Shown: positions 50,936 to 61,286 of the stretch, piece by piece
Layout of the letters: each line of letters opens with the position of its first letter
Numbering within the stretch: the stretch's first letter is position 1
IMG/VR virus record: IMGVR_UViG_3300025264_000007
Coordinates: 16,616 to 80,615 of that record
Reading direction: 5' to 3' (one strand)
Length of the DNA: 64,000 bases
From: a virus
Notes under the pieces: model-generated
Told to the model about the DNA's origin: nothing
Database searches by the model: none
The model's input: the letters and a program-made list of their open reading frames with translations, nothing else
Program-made: the position numbers and the translations under genes

Positions 50936-52006
50936 CTACTTCTTTCCTATTCTACACTCATCTTCTAAAATGTCAAGAACTCTTTTCTTAAAGTTCTCGT
51001 CTTCCAAAAGTTTCGGAAAGTCCTTACTTTGGAATTTTTTATCTTTGCCGTCAATATTGATTGTATACCACGCACCGCTGCGAACACAGCCGGGAGTCCC
51101 GCTGATAGCGGTGAGCCACGAGCCTGAGTCGTCAATGCCAACTCGGTCGTTGGCCAAATCAAATAACACATCAAACTCACAACTGCGAGGTGATGGTCCG
51201 AAGCGAGACTTCATGGTCTTCGCACTCGTGTGGAACCCAATGATCTGTTTCTTTGCGTTCCGGATTTCTCCGTTGGCTTTGCTCTTGTGCTGGGTCAGCC
51301 AGATGCGAGCAGAGGCGTGGTAGGGCAGAGCCTTCCCGCCGGGCTCAACTCGGTTGTCGCCAAACATCACGCCGATGTTGGTTTTCAACTGGTTGGTAAA
51401 GACCAGAGCAATCTGCTCCCTGCCAAGAGTCTCCGTCACTTTTCGCATGCCTTTGGCTAGAGCCTTGGCTGTCAAGCCGATACGACTGTTGGGGTCGTAG
51501 TCTCCTTCAATCTCGGCTCTGACTGGTGTGCCAGCAACGCTATCCCAAACAATACAAACAAGTTTGTTGGGAGCCTTTTCCCTGATGAGTCCAATGAGAC
51601 GCTCGATGTTCTCAAAGACCTCCTCAATCGTGCCGGGCTGAACATACATAAAATTGTTCTTTGTGTCAAGCCCTAGTTGTTCCATAAAATCCGGAGAGGC
51701 TGCGTTTTCTGTATCAATATATACAGCGAGCCCTCCCATCTTCTGGCAGTTAGCTAGGATCTGAGTCACGACAAGGCTCTTGCCGCTGGCAGATTCACCA
51801 GCAATTGTTGTGAGTTTGCCTACTGGGATTCCGCCGTTTCGTTTGTTGGATATAATATAATCCAAGAGCGTTGATCCGGTAGGAATCCAAGTCTTTACGT
51901 CTGTGGGGTTGTCCCCGTGCAGATCGTAAGCAACATTCTCTTTAGCTGCCTTGTTTAATTCGCTGCGCAAATCATTTACAAGGGAGTTTGTAGCTCCTCT
52001 AGCCAT
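50936..52006 (-). CDS. recA: RecA/UvsX recombinase
   Basis: GESASGKS, IDTE, WDSVA, TNQ, PGGKA; start revised to MARG with SD GGAG. Confidence 0.95.
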   Translation of the reverse strand: MARGATNSLVNDLRSELNKAAKENVAYDLHGDNPTDVKTWIPTGSTLLDYIISNKRNGGIPVGKLTTIAGESASGKSLVVTQILANCQKMGGLAVYIDTENAASPDFMEQLGLDTKNNFMYVQPGTIEEVFENIERLIGLIREKAPNKLVCIVWDSVAGTPVRAEIEGDYDPNSRIGLTAKALAKGMRKVTETLGREQIALVFTNQLKTNIGVMFGDNRVEPGGKALPYHASARIWLTQHKSKANGEIRNAKKQIIGFHTSAKTMKSRFGPSPRSCEFDVLFDLANDRVGIDDSGSWLTAISGTPGCVRSGAWYTINIDGKDKKFQSKDFPKLLEDENFKKRVLDILEDECRIGKK

Positions 52007-52066
52007 TTTATCTCCATAAGGAGAGGCACCTATAACCCCGTGCCTCCCTGCGGGTTTGGCGGTCAA

Positions 52067-52843
52067 CTACGCCAAAAGTTCGTCGAAGGCAGACTCAATG
52101 TCAGACACACCTTCCATGCTGGTGCTCGGCTTGGTCGTGGTGGTAGTGTTTTCATTGTAGCGAGTGGTTTCCGATCCGGTTGTAGCGGGCTCATTGTTGA
52201 GAGTTTCCTGCAAAACCTTTTCGCACTCTTCAAAAGAAACACGCACAAAAGCCTCGGTCGTGTCGGGAACGGTAGCAAGAAGCTTCTCGCGATCATCCTC
52301 GGTGGCGGCGAGCGGTGAAGTTTTGCGCATTGGTCGAATGTCAGTAGTGGGGAAAGATTGCCCCGACTTCTTTCCGTATTCGACGCGAATGTCAGTTCCT
52401 TCAACGGCATCAGTAATGTCGCCATACTCAGGATCAAGAACAACATTAAGAAGGTTCTCGTAGGTGGTGCGTGAAAAGCCCCACCAGCGAATCCCTTTGT
52501 CTTCTTCACCGCGAACGAGAACGGGAGCGAAGACACGCATCTTAGGCCAAAAGCGTTTGGCGATCTGCTTATCTTCCTCGTTGCCGCTGTTCCAAAGTTT
52601 GGTTCCAAACTCCGAAATGGGATCCGTCTCGCCAAAAGTGCGAGGGCTCAAAAGGCTCGTTTTGCCTTCGGAGCCAATTCCGTAATGGAAGTAACATTCC
52701 TTGAATGGGTCGCCGTTGGCTGGGCAAACAAGTCGAATGACCTGCGTGCCATCTTCCGGCTTCCAAAAAATGTCTGAGGAGTCGCCCCCTCGCGTCGTAA
52801 GAGCGGAATGTTTTTGCCGCATCTTGTCTAAATCAATACCCAT
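52067..52843 (-). CDS. Single-stranded DNA-binding protein (gp32-like)
   Basis: FWKP...IRL...FHY...DYG/EYGDITD; acidic tail FDELLA; next to recA. Confidence 0.8.
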   Translation of the reverse strand: MGIDLDKMRQKHSALTTRGGDSSDIFWKPEDGTQVIRLVCPANGDPFKECYFHYGIGSEGKTSLLSPRTFGETDPISEFGTKLWNSGNEEDKQIAKRFWPKMRVFAPVLVRGEEDKGIRWWGFSRTTYENLLNVVLDPEYGDITDAVEGTDIRVEYGKKSGQSFPTTDIRPMRKTSPLAATEDDREKLLATVPDTTEAFVRVSFEECEKVLQETLNNEPATTGSETTRYNENTTTTTKPSTSMEGVSDIESAFDELLA

Positions 52844-52936
52844 GTATTTCTCCTTTACTGGTTAGTTGACCGTGCATATACTATAACACACCCTCCTAGG
52901 GTTTATAGTAATTCTGAATCTTTTTTGTTTCCTAAG

Positions 52937-52963
52937 AAAAAGGAGGGGCTTAGGCCCCTCCTT
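52937..52963 (-). terminator. Rho-independent terminator after hsp20
   Basis: AGGAGGGGC-ctaa-GCCCCTCCT followed by TTTT. Confidence 0.85.
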
Positions 52964-52986
52964 CTGGCTGTGCTACAAAACCGGTA

Positions 52987-53403
52987 TCAGTTGATATCAA
53001 TAATGACCGGCTGGAGTTGTTCCTTCCGGGGAATAGTAACCGACAAGAGACCGTTGTGAAAGTCAGCAGAACAAGCCGTCAGGTCAAGGTTGCTGTCATA
53101 GTTCACAAAAGTCTTTTGAAAACTGCGCCGGGCAATGCGGCGGCTCGTGTCGCCTTCGGTAGTTGCCTCTGCTTTCACAGTAAGGCTGCTCTTCTCGGGC
53201 TGAATCTCAATGGTGAGATCCTCTTTGCTGAAACCTGCGAGGGCAAACTCAAGGGTTGTGCTCCCGTCTTCGTTGGAGAAAATATCGGCAACAGGATAAC
53301 CCTGTGTTGACTTTCTCGCTAGTGATGGGAAGTCTCCGAACAGTTCATCAAAGATGCTCCGCCCAAGTAGACTAGGTGTATGGTATTTTACTAAATTGCT
53401 CAT
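52987..53403 (-). CDS. Small heat shock protein Hsp20
   Basis: YP..DI, ALAGFSKEDL, IARRSF, NGLLSV. Confidence 0.93.
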   Translation of the reverse strand: MSNLVKYHTPSLLGRSIFDELFGDFPSLARKSTQGYPVADIFSNEDGSTTLEFALAGFSKEDLTIEIQPEKSSLTVKAEATTEGDTSRRIARRSFQKTFVNYDSNLDLTACSADFHNGLLSVTIPRKEQLQPVIIDIN

Positions 53404-53484
53404 GTTGTTTCCTCCTTTATAAGCAAGGTTGTTTGTGACTCCGTTAGGCAGTCGCTAGATTGTAAGCACCGCACAGCCACTTAC
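53404..53484 (-). promoter_or_regulatory. ROSE-like RNA thermometer in the hsp20 5'UTR
   Basis: CCUUGCUU-AUA-AAGGAGG pairs the SD with a bulged G; two upstream hairpins. Confidence 0.7.
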
Positions 53485-53646
53485 TATCTGTCTATAACTA
53501 TACTATAGATTTCTTATTTGTCAAGTTTTTATCTTATCCCACACGAGTATCCCCCAATAAAGGGGGGTGTAAAGAACCGCTACAATGACGGTAAGAAGTT
53601 TGTAAAGAAGGTTCATGCTATGCCTTTCTGGGAGAACCGGTGACGA

Positions 53647-54105
53647 TTATTCTGTCGGCTCTGTCGGGGGAGGGTCTTCTATTTTAAATATCTTAGCCAC
53701 TCTGATGGGCTGCACTTTTAACTCGCGGTTCATCGAAAGTAGGATCGTCTCTCTGTAGTTCTCCCAATTGAGCTTGAGGTCTCTTCCGGTTTTTCCCCCG
53801 TGCTCGCTGGCAATGGCCAGATTGAGGGCGTTGATGGTGTAAAGAGTGTTGGTCTGCTTTTTGCGATGAACTCGCATTGTAAAAAGGCGCGGGTTGAATT
53901 TTTTACCCTTTTCAGGAATGGCGTTATAGGTGAGGATCTTCTTCGTGCTGTCTTCCTTGTCTTCAAACAAGAAGATAAATTTATTGGTGAGGTTTAAGGT
54001 ATCTGCAATAGCTTGCACTTCCTCCATAATTTGCTCTTCCGACTCGGTAGTTATAAAAGACGCCAAAAGAAATCCCTTTTGGCCGGATGTTGGTTTGCGG
54101 GTCAT
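53647..54105 (-). CDS. Large-phage hypothetical protein
   Basis: TYN...VHRKKQTNTLYTINALN...W. Confidence 0.75.
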   Translation of the reverse strand: MTRKPTSGQKGFLLASFITTESEEQIMEEVQAIADTLNLTNKFIFLFEDKEDSTKKILTYNAIPEKGKKFNPRLFTMRVHRKKQTNTLYTINALNLAIASEHGGKTGRDLKLNWENYRETILLSMNRELKVQPIRVAKIFKIEDPPPTEPTE

Positions 54106-54213
54106 TGATGTGTGCTCTCCCTAGCTAGACGCCCGCTGGGGGACCCCCAGGGGATAAAACGGCTTTCCACCGAAAGCTCTCTTTATATAGATCTTCGGCT
54201 TATAAAAGGCTCC

Positions 54214-55068
54214 CTATTTAATGAGCACTTGAATATCTTTGGAGAAAAAAGTAAGTAATACCATGGTCGTATCAAAGGTGGTGGAATAAACGGAAAAACT
54301 AGTGTTTACTCCTTCCTTGGTGAATTTTTTAGTTTGGGTTTTAATTTCCCGCATAAGACTACTATTTTCTTCAAGCTCGTCATGAGGAATTCCATAATAA
54401 TGGTGTGCATCTTGCTCCCCCTTGAGCGGAAAAAGATATTTTATGTCGGCGTCGGGCTCTAGCGAGGATATGCCAAAGGTTCCGATGCGTGAAATGTCGG
54501 CGGGGGGAACCTTGTTACTGAGAACCGGATCCGTGTGATCATAATAATTAACCATAGCGACGGTGGAAGCTATAAAGTTGTAAATGCTCTTATCGTATTC
54601 TTTGATTGACACATCCCCCACTACCTCTTCCACCGTGGCGCGATCGACCAAAAACATTCTTTCAAACATTCCGCTGCGGGTGTATTGCTGGAGAATATTA
54701 AATACGATCTTGTCGTCGCGCTTCTGCGTAGTGTTGGCTACCTGCCGATCCGGCGCGATATAAAGAACACTTATGTTAGCGTCTCTTATCTGTTCCAATA
54801 TAGCCAGAGCCATCCCCGACGCGGGATCTCCGCCGCCCACGATAAAAAGAATTTCATCCCCCTCTTTGACACTTCGGAGATAGGCGCTAATTTCCACAGC
54901 ATCGACGGCTGATTCATATGCCTCGATATCGACGGCGGGCTCTATATCAAGATTTGCCCGGTCTCCGGTGCAAGGATCTGCAATCTTATAGATGCGATAT
55001 TCCGGGTAACGCGAAAATTCTTCGGCAACCCCGCACCCTGTTCTACCCAGACCAATAATCTTTTCCAT
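54214..55068 (-). CDS. Divergent tubulin/FtsZ-like GTPase
   Basis: N-terminal IIGLGRTGC loop, GGGDPASG at the tubulin signature position. Confidence 0.65.
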   Translation of the reverse strand: MEKIIGLGRTGCGVAEEFSRYPEYRIYKIADPCTGDRANLDIEPAVDIEAYESAVDAVEISAYLRSVKEGDEILFIVGGGDPASGMALAILEQIRDANISVLYIAPDRQVANTTQKRDDKIVFNILQQYTRSGMFERMFLVDRATVEEVVGDVSIKEYDKSIYNFIASTVAMVNYYDHTDPVLSNKVPPADISRIGTFGISSLEPDADIKYLFPLKGEQDAHHYYGIPHDELEENSSLMREIKTQTKKFTKEGVNTSFSVYSTTFDTTMVLLTFFSKDIQVLIK

Positions 55069-56288
55069 TACGTTGGAAACTCCTTAAGGTTCCCCAAGTC
55101 GTTGCCGCTGCTCACATTTATTTTAAACCGCCCGAATTTGGTAGACTCCATCAATTGCTTGATATCCCCCAATAGGGCTTCGTCTTTCTGGGAAAAATCA
55201 ATCACAATAGCGTCATGAATGATACATGCAATGTGAGAGTGGGAGCCCTGAGAACGTAACAGGTGATCGATTTTGAGTGCCTGCAATAAGGTAAGTTCGG
55301 CACACGTTGATTGAACAATATAATTCAGAGCATGATGCTCGTCAACGTTGTCAATCTCCTTGCGATAGGGAGTGTATACTTTTTTACCGTCCCAATATTG
55401 ATCTAAAACCTGTTCTTTGTTGTAGAACTTTTCTAAATGTTTGGAGTAAAGTCTGGTCTCTGCCGACTTGGATCCATAGAGCCACGCAAAAAAAGCCGTC
55501 TTTACTTCTTCTCTCGATTTCTTTTTCCCAAAAATCTCGCGGCGGTGGAATTCATGAACATCGTCGGAAGGCTGCGGCATCCCGAGCATCCCCAGGAGCA
55601 CGCGCACCTCTGCGCCATTAAAGTCTAGCTCTAGGAAATAATCATTCCTCGGCTCCACCACGCTGCGCAGTCTTTTTTTGAGTGTGAGAATCGGAAAAGA
55701 ATTTCGGCGGGTAGTAAGTCGCCCCGTCTTAGTTCCGAATTGATTATAGCGAATATAAGGAGGCGCTCCCAACAGGCGGCGAATTGGGCCGTCGCGGGGC
55801 TCTCCGCTAATAAAAGCCTTCAGTCGCTGGTCGTTGATTTTGAGCGGGCGGTTGGAAATGTCTTCCAAAAGCTGACACACTTTCAAGAGATACTCGTATC
55901 GCTGAGGGCGTTCGTAATGAGTGATCACATAATCAGTGATGATATTCTTCACCTCGCAAAAGTCAGCTAAAAAGCGCGTGGGAATAAGGTCAAAAATACA
56001 GTGGCTGTCTATATCCACTTTCCCAATGCCCAACGAACGTCGAAATGCCAGAAGCCGAGCGGCTACCTCATTCCAATCCTCTCTCAGGTATTCGGGGATC
56101 ACTTCCTCCATCTTCTTGTCTTGTACATATAAGTTGGCATATTCAATCTCGCCGCGGTCGCGGAGGTATTCCGAATATTTCCATGTCTTTGACATGTGCG
56201 CCGGAAAGTCGGCGGCGTCGAAATGCAGGGAACCGTTGCAATAAATCCCCACGCATTCCGATTTATCGTCTAGCGTTTGAAATAGCAT
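55068..56288 (-). CDS. Minimal family-A DNA polymerase
   Basis: TKTGRL, motif A DFNGAEVR, motif B KTAFFAWLYG, motif C IHD. Confidence 0.88.
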   Translation of the reverse strand: MLFQTLDDKSECVGIYCNGSLHFDAADFPAHMSKTWKYSEYLRDRGEIEYANLYVQDKKMEEVIPEYLREDWNEVAARLLAFRRSLGIGKVDIDSHCIFDLIPTRFLADFCEVKNIITDYVITHYERPQRYEYLLKVCQLLEDISNRPLKINDQRLKAFISGEPRDGPIRRLLGAPPYIRYNQFGTKTGRLTTRRNSFPILTLKKRLRSVVEPRNDYFLELDFNGAEVRVLLGMLGMPQPSDDVHEFHRREIFGKKKSREEVKTAFFAWLYGSKSAETRLYSKHLEKFYNKEQVLDQYWDGKKVYTPYRKEIDNVDEHHALNYIVQSTCAELTLLQALKIDHLLRSQGSHSHIACIIHDAIVIDFSQKDEALLGDIKQLMESTKFGRFKINVSSGNDLGNLKEFPT

Positions 56289-56299
56289 TTAATACTTTC

Positions 56300-57754
56300 T
56301 TAACGATTATTTATATCACCAATCGTGAGCTTTGTTAAGTTGTTGGTAGTAACGCCTGCAAACGTCTCCTTCTGAAGATACCGCAACGCTTGAAAATACT
56401 TGTCGCTGGCATCCCCCGGCGTAAAATAATACACATTCAAGATATCACGAAGCTCTCGCGTCCTTTTCGGCGCGCTTTTCACGATCCCTTTTTCGAGCAG
56501 ACGCAAATTATAATACGCCTTCAGCGCCCACTTATCGCCGTAAGCGCCGGACTGGGAGTTGAAAATGTTTTCTCCTACCAGAGCCCGCTCCACCACCCGG
56601 CTTCCTCCTGCTGGGCATTCGGCATCAGGAAGACGAGGAGTCACGCTGTAGGGATTGCTCGTTACAAACCGATTATGAAAATCGAGGAGATAAAGTTTTA
56701 AAATATCCATATCCTTTTGCCAGGTAAGATCGTAGGCTCCCTCAAAAAGAATCGGTACCGCTGCGTTGAAATCCTGTAACAGCCCCGAATAAGCTGGATA
56801 TCCCCACGCATGGCGAATAACATTTTCCAAGCCTGGAATTGCCGAGAAGCCATATGCGTCAGGAGTGTCCACTCCCGTTAGAATAGGCAGGTCGCAGTGC
56901 CCCGCGTCGTCCCGCGAATCTACGAGGTCTTGATTCATGTAAACCCCTATCATATACTCCCACATAGCCGGATTGGAAATATCGGCGACCAATCTCCAAG
57001 GAGCATTTTTATCAAACGTAAATCCATATTGGGAAGCTATCCCCGTCACAAGCTTATAGTTATCATCGTAGATGTATTTTTTCAATTTCGGTAAATCAGT
57101 GCCATGATCGTCCGTCGAAATTTCGATGGCCAGCCCGGTGTTGAGAGGCGAGCAATATATACTTTCCACAAAACCAGAGAAAGTAAGAGGACCTCCCTTC
57201 CGAATAACTCCCTCACAAAAGCTTGTCAGCACCTTCAGATACGAATCCACGTCTGTAAACTGAGTAATGTTCTTTTGAGAGGTCATGTAAATGTCAGCAA
57301 ACGAAGCATAAACGTCGCTTACCATGTAGTCGTGATATGCATCATAAGCACAGCGCCAACCTTTGGCTGCGCGGGGGTTTGCCCACGGGCTATCTTCAGC
57401 TAAAATCCCTGCCTGTCTAAGTTGCCGGATCCGATCAACAAAGTCACCCCAGGCGTCGGCGACAAAGTCAAGCGCAAAGAGGGTGCCCGCCTGAGAGTTT
57501 TTTAATTGCTTGAGCGACGATTCCTTCACGACTGCGGGGTATCCGTCGGCGTTTATCCTCCCATAATATTTATCTTCGGCCCAAAAATCTAAATAATTCA
57601 TAGTTCCCAAAGTAGGGTAAACAAAATCACGGTATTTTTGACGATAATAAAATGTCTCAGCGCACCCTAACGTGTTCGAACCGTAGGTGAGGAGGGGAGT
57701 ATCGTGCGGCGCTTTTTTAGGCATCGTGTGCTCCCTTACCCGAACAGGTCCCAC
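56300..57754 (-). CDS. Hypothetical protein (possibly virion-associated)
   Basis: 484-aa ORF in the tail operon. Confidence 0.75.
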   Translation of the reverse strand: MGPVRVREHTMPKKAPHDTPLLTYGSNTLGCAETFYYRQKYRDFVYPTLGTMNYLDFWAEDKYYGRINADGYPAVVKESSLKQLKNSQAGTLFALDFVADAWGDFVDRIRQLRQAGILAEDSPWANPRAAKGWRCAYDAYHDYMVSDVYASFADIYMTSQKNITQFTDVDSYLKVLTSFCEGVIRKGGPLTFSGFVESIYCSPLNTGLAIEISTDDHGTDLPKLKKYIYDDNYKLVTGIASQYGFTFDKNAPWRLVADISNPAMWEYMIGVYMNQDLVDSRDDAGHCDLPILTGVDTPDAYGFSAIPGLENVIRHAWGYPAYSGLLQDFNAAVPILFEGAYDLTWQKDMDILKLYLLDFHNRFVTSNPYSVTPRLPDAECPAGGSRVVERALVGENIFNSQSGAYGDKWALKAYYNLRLLEKGIVKSAPKRTRELRDILNVYYFTPGDASDKYFQALRYLQKETFAGVTTNNLTKLTIGDINNR

Positions 57755-60700
57755 GGTGCCATTTCAAAAAAGCACGTTAGCCGAGTTTCGTATTTCTCCG
57801 GAGTGATGGTGTTTTCGGATTTGACTACCCGATAGTAACCCCCTAACTTTAGTTCTCGCGCTACCATCGTTCCCAATCCCATGTCCGCGTTAATATACAC
57901 CAATTGCCCATTTTGAAACAAGGTGTTTCCCACCATGGTCAAGGTAACGTCTTGGGGAAGGACCAGGGCTTTACTATAATTTGCGCTGACAATAGTCATC
58001 GCCTTCATGTAGGGGATTTTCTTTTCAGAAAAAGACCATGACTTGACGAGTCCGCGATCCGTTCCAAGGAGTAAGTGGTAGATCCCCGCCGCCTCATCCT
58101 CCGTGCGATCGCCGTTCCTCCGGGGAGACACGGGCGTCCCAATCAGCCAATATTGGTAGGAGGGAGCGAAAGGATTATTAGGTGGCGATTTCGAAATCGC
58201 CCGCAATTCGTCTTCCCTATAAACTTTTCCAGGCACAATCTTCCGAGAGGTGCGCGCTACGGTTATATCAAACTTAATGTTTGAGAGACTAGTCTGCCCT
58301 GATTGGAGTTTGGCGGCGAGCACAGGCTCTACCAAATCCCTCAAGAGTCCGCGCGTAAATTCTCTAAAGCCGATGTGCGTTCGTTCTGCTTGAACGATGG
58401 TCTGTAGGAACCACTGTCCAAAATATTCGATCGAAATGGGAATGTCTGCGAGAGAAAAATTCTCAGCGGTGGTGGCTGGAACTCCGAGTTGGCTGGGGGT
58501 GATGCTGCCGAGCACTACTCCATAATCTTTGCGGGAAACGCCCGCTTCAAAAGCGGCGTCGATAATATCCCCAAGGCGCATATAATAGAGGTTAACGCGG
58601 TTAAGACTTCCCACACTCCAAACAACATCCGAGTATGCGTCAATCACGACCTCCGGATCTAAGAAGCCCACTTGGGTGGACGATGGCTTTTTCTCCTCCT
58701 TATCCTTGGTTTCCGTCGCAGCGGTCTGGAATCTTTTTACCGCATTCATCATCTGCCTTGCCGTTCGTTCAGCAGCCCCAGTTGGTGCGTATGGAATAAA
58801 ACGAAATTGCTGCTGCGGGTGACCGTCTAGCCTGATTGTGCCCTGCTTTGAGGTTGCCGCCCTGAACGGACTAATCCGTTCGAGACCAGCCACAAATAGT
58901 CTCTTTTTGGCAAAAAGGCGCGTCAGAAACCCCGCATACTTAGTTTTGCGGGTAGCGGATTCAACGTATTCACGAAGTAGCTGTAGGGTTTGACCCTGCT
59001 TTATGTAGCCTTCTATCTTTCGCTTGTTCTCGTCGTAACTCGGCTCCCCGGCAACTACAGGACGTTTTTTGTTCAGCATGGCCGCCACTTGTCTAATCTT
59101 CTGGTTCGTCGTTATTTCATACTCGATGCCCTCTAGGCTGAGGGGCACCACGGGTTCGTCTATAGATTGGTAGCCCAGGACAGTTCCCATATTCTGCTCC
59201 TTTGTAAGGCGCAGGATATTGCCTGATTTTTGTATCGCCTTATATACATATCCGTTGAGCATGACCCTGCCGCTTTCCGCGAGGGATCGTGGCGGCGTTG
59301 AGTCAGAATCCGATTTGGTTGCCCCCAGAAAGAGAGGAACATCAACGGGTTTCTTCTGTAGGGCTTTGGCAGCGGCACCCACACTCAGCACGTCAGATCT
59401 TTTTGTGTCGGCTAAAAGGTGCCCTATGCTTCCCCCAAAACTAAGCTTAAGGTCTACTTGCCCCTCTTGGCGAAAATCTAGTTTGTAGGTAAAAAGATTT
59501 AACGTAATGAGGCGTTGTGTTGCCTCTAGGGCGCTAAGGAAATCATCATCTACTCCTGTGGGGAAGTGTGTTCCTTCGGGTCGTGCCCAGCCCACCAACA
59601 CCTTGATTGACGTGAAGGCAAGATTTTTATCTTTTATTTCTGCTTCCCCGGTCTCCTCTAAATTACCCCGCGTTGCCATCATCAGTTTGCGCATCCCTAT
59701 TTCCCGCTGGAGGTTCTGCATCGTCTGACTGACTGATAGGTCGGGTTTTCCCGGCACCTTTCCGGCGAGCCGAGCGTCGGTGGGCGTGGGCTTTTTCCCG
59801 CTCGTAAACAAAAAGGCGAGGTATTTATCATTTATCATGTCGGCAGCCGAACCAAAATGAATCGTCAGTTCAGCCTTAAGAACATTTTCCCCGGAGCTTT
59901 TATTATCATATACCCAATTAAAATCTTTAATACCCACATCTGTGCCCTCGGTAGCGCGACTCTTGAGTATGTCTTTTGCCGCGCTGTCGCCTACTGCGCC
60001 AGCGCGCGCTTTAGATAGAGCAATCACTTGAGACCCCAGCGTGTGATCCGGAAACACGATCTCTTCTGTAACCTCACGCTTGTGAGGATCGACCATGGTC
60101 GGATCGGTGGTGACATAAAAAAATCGAAGTTTTGGGATTAGGAGCCCTAGTGCCGCGGGAGTTGCATGAACAAAGCCGCTAGAAGCTCCGGCGGTGGGGC
60201 TGGTCAGCAAGTTTGTAAATGCCGAGGGATCTCCAATATAAGAACTGACTGCCTTGAGCGGGTTTTTTTCTTTAGCCACCCCGTTAAACGCAACCAAAGC
60301 CCCCATGTTTTCAAGTAAAAGGCGTTGGGCGTCTTTAATTTTGAGGGCTACCTCCTCCGAGGCGCTCGGCGTTGGGGGTTTTTCGGGCTCGACTTTGTCG
60401 TTTTCCTCCGCCCATGCTTTTCTGCGAGGGTTGAGCTTTTCGTTCATAGCCTTCTGGCCTTGGGCGACTTCCTCCCGAGTTTCAGTCTTACCACTATTAA
60501 TGTTATAAGTGGTACCCGCTTGCATCATTTCAAGATTTTTCTTATGGAAGTCTTTCAGTGACTGTCTATACTTTTTCCACTCGTCGGGACTATACACGCA
60601 GTACCACTCGCCGTTGATCTGGGTGCAGTCATGTCGCTTGTCAAGCTTAAAAGAATTAGAGAAAAAAAGCTTACCTTTCCTTCGATAGTTGGGTGGGGGT

Positions 60701-60924
60701 GTCTCGCTACCAGGCTTCCACACCGGCTTCCCCGGCTTGATCGCATCTTGGCGCTTGGGGGTCTCGCGGTTGCGCATGACCCAATTGCCCTCGCCGCTGC
60801 GCCCACCCGTTCGCTGGCCACCGAGAAAATACTGGGACTCGAAGGCGCGTAAGCTCCCCGGCAAGCCCAACTCTGTCCAGTTCGACGCCGTTAATATCTT
60901 ATATAGAGGACCCTGCCACGCCAT
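57736..60924 (-). CDS. Large virion/baseplate-hub-like protein
   Basis: C-terminal TLTMVGN..FQNGQ...LGGYYRV; position in tail module. Confidence 0.6.
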   Translation of the reverse strand: MAWQGPLYKILTASNWTELGLPGSLRAFESQYFLGGQRTGGRSGEGNWVMRNRETPKRQDAIKPGKPVWKPGSETPPPNYRRKGKLFFSNSFKLDKRHDCTQINGEWYCVYSPDEWKKYRQSLKDFHKKNLEMMQAGTTYNINSGKTETREEVAQGQKAMNEKLNPRRKAWAEENDKVEPEKPPTPSASEEVALKIKDAQRLLLENMGALVAFNGVAKEKNPLKAVSSYIGDPSAFTNLLTSPTAGASSGFVHATPAALGLLIPKLRFFYVTTDPTMVDPHKREVTEEIVFPDHTLGSQVIALSKARAGAVGDSAAKDILKSRATEGTDVGIKDFNWVYDNKSSGENVLKAELTIHFGSAADMINDKYLAFLFTSGKKPTPTDARLAGKVPGKPDLSVSQTMQNLQREIGMRKLMMATRGNLEETGEAEIKDKNLAFTSIKVLVGWARPEGTHFPTGVDDDFLSALEATQRLITLNLFTYKLDFRQEGQVDLKLSFGGSIGHLLADTKRSDVLSVGAAAKALQKKPVDVPLFLGATKSDSDSTPPRSLAESGRVMLNGYVYKAIQKSGNILRLTKEQNMGTVLGYQSIDEPVVPLSLEGIEYEITTNQKIRQVAAMLNKKRPVVAGEPSYDENKRKIEGYIKQGQTLQLLREYVESATRKTKYAGFLTRLFAKKRLFVAGLERISPFRAATSKQGTIRLDGHPQQQFRFIPYAPTGAAERTARQMMNAVKRFQTAATETKDKEEKKPSSTQVGFLDPEVVIDAYSDVVWSVGSLNRVNLYYMRLGDIIDAAFEAGVSRKDYGVVLGSITPSQLGVPATTAENFSLADIPISIEYFGQWFLQTIVQAERTHIGFREFTRGLLRDLVEPVLAAKLQSGQTSLSNIKFDITVARTSRKIVPGKVYREDELRAISKSPPNNPFAPSYQYWLIGTPVSPRRNGDRTEDEAAGIYHLLLGTDRGLVKSWSFSEKKIPYMKAMTIVSANYSKALVLPQDVTLTMVGNTLFQNGQLVYINADMGLGTMVARELKLGGYYRVVKSENTITPEKYETRLTCFFEMAPWDLFG

Positions 60925-60929
60925 CTTCT

Positions 60930-61277
60930 CTACCTTCCCTCAAAAAATTCAAGCACCTCTGCAAGAGGCAGTGGAATATAGACAATGTCGCCGATCTTGA
61001 AGTGTGCTTCGGTAGGTTTTTTGTTGAACCACGCGAGAATCCACCACAACTCAGCATAACCATAATACTCGTGGGCTAGATTATAAAGCTTATCCGTTGC
61101 ACCCCAGCGAATCGGGGTGGAACTAATAGAAGAAATTTGCGCGTTGGTAGGATAGTTCAGGCGAGCGGTCTTATACTGGATAATTTGATTTACATCGCGG
61201 TCTCTAAAGAACTGATCGCGATAAGCTCGGTTATCGTTAATGAACATGTCTCTACCGTCGTATCTAGAATATGGCAT
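60930..61277 (-). CDS. Baseplate wedge/tail-X (LysM-like) protein
   Basis: DKLYNLAHEYYG...WWILAWFN...GDIVYIP. Confidence 0.75.
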   Translation of the reverse strand: MPYSRYDGRDMFINDNRAYRDQFFRDRDVNQIIQYKTARLNYPTNAQISSISSTPIRWGATDKLYNLAHEYYGYAELWWILAWFNKKPTEAHFKIGDIVYIPLPLAEVLEFFEGR

Positions 61278-61286
61278 AGCTTAGGG

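Noticed and set aside
54214-55068. Nucleus-forming (chimallin) phage assignment
   Set aside because: A tubulin-like gene alone is insufficient. No chimallin or multisubunit RNA polymerase is recognisable here, and sigma70-type promoters imply use of host RNA polymerase.
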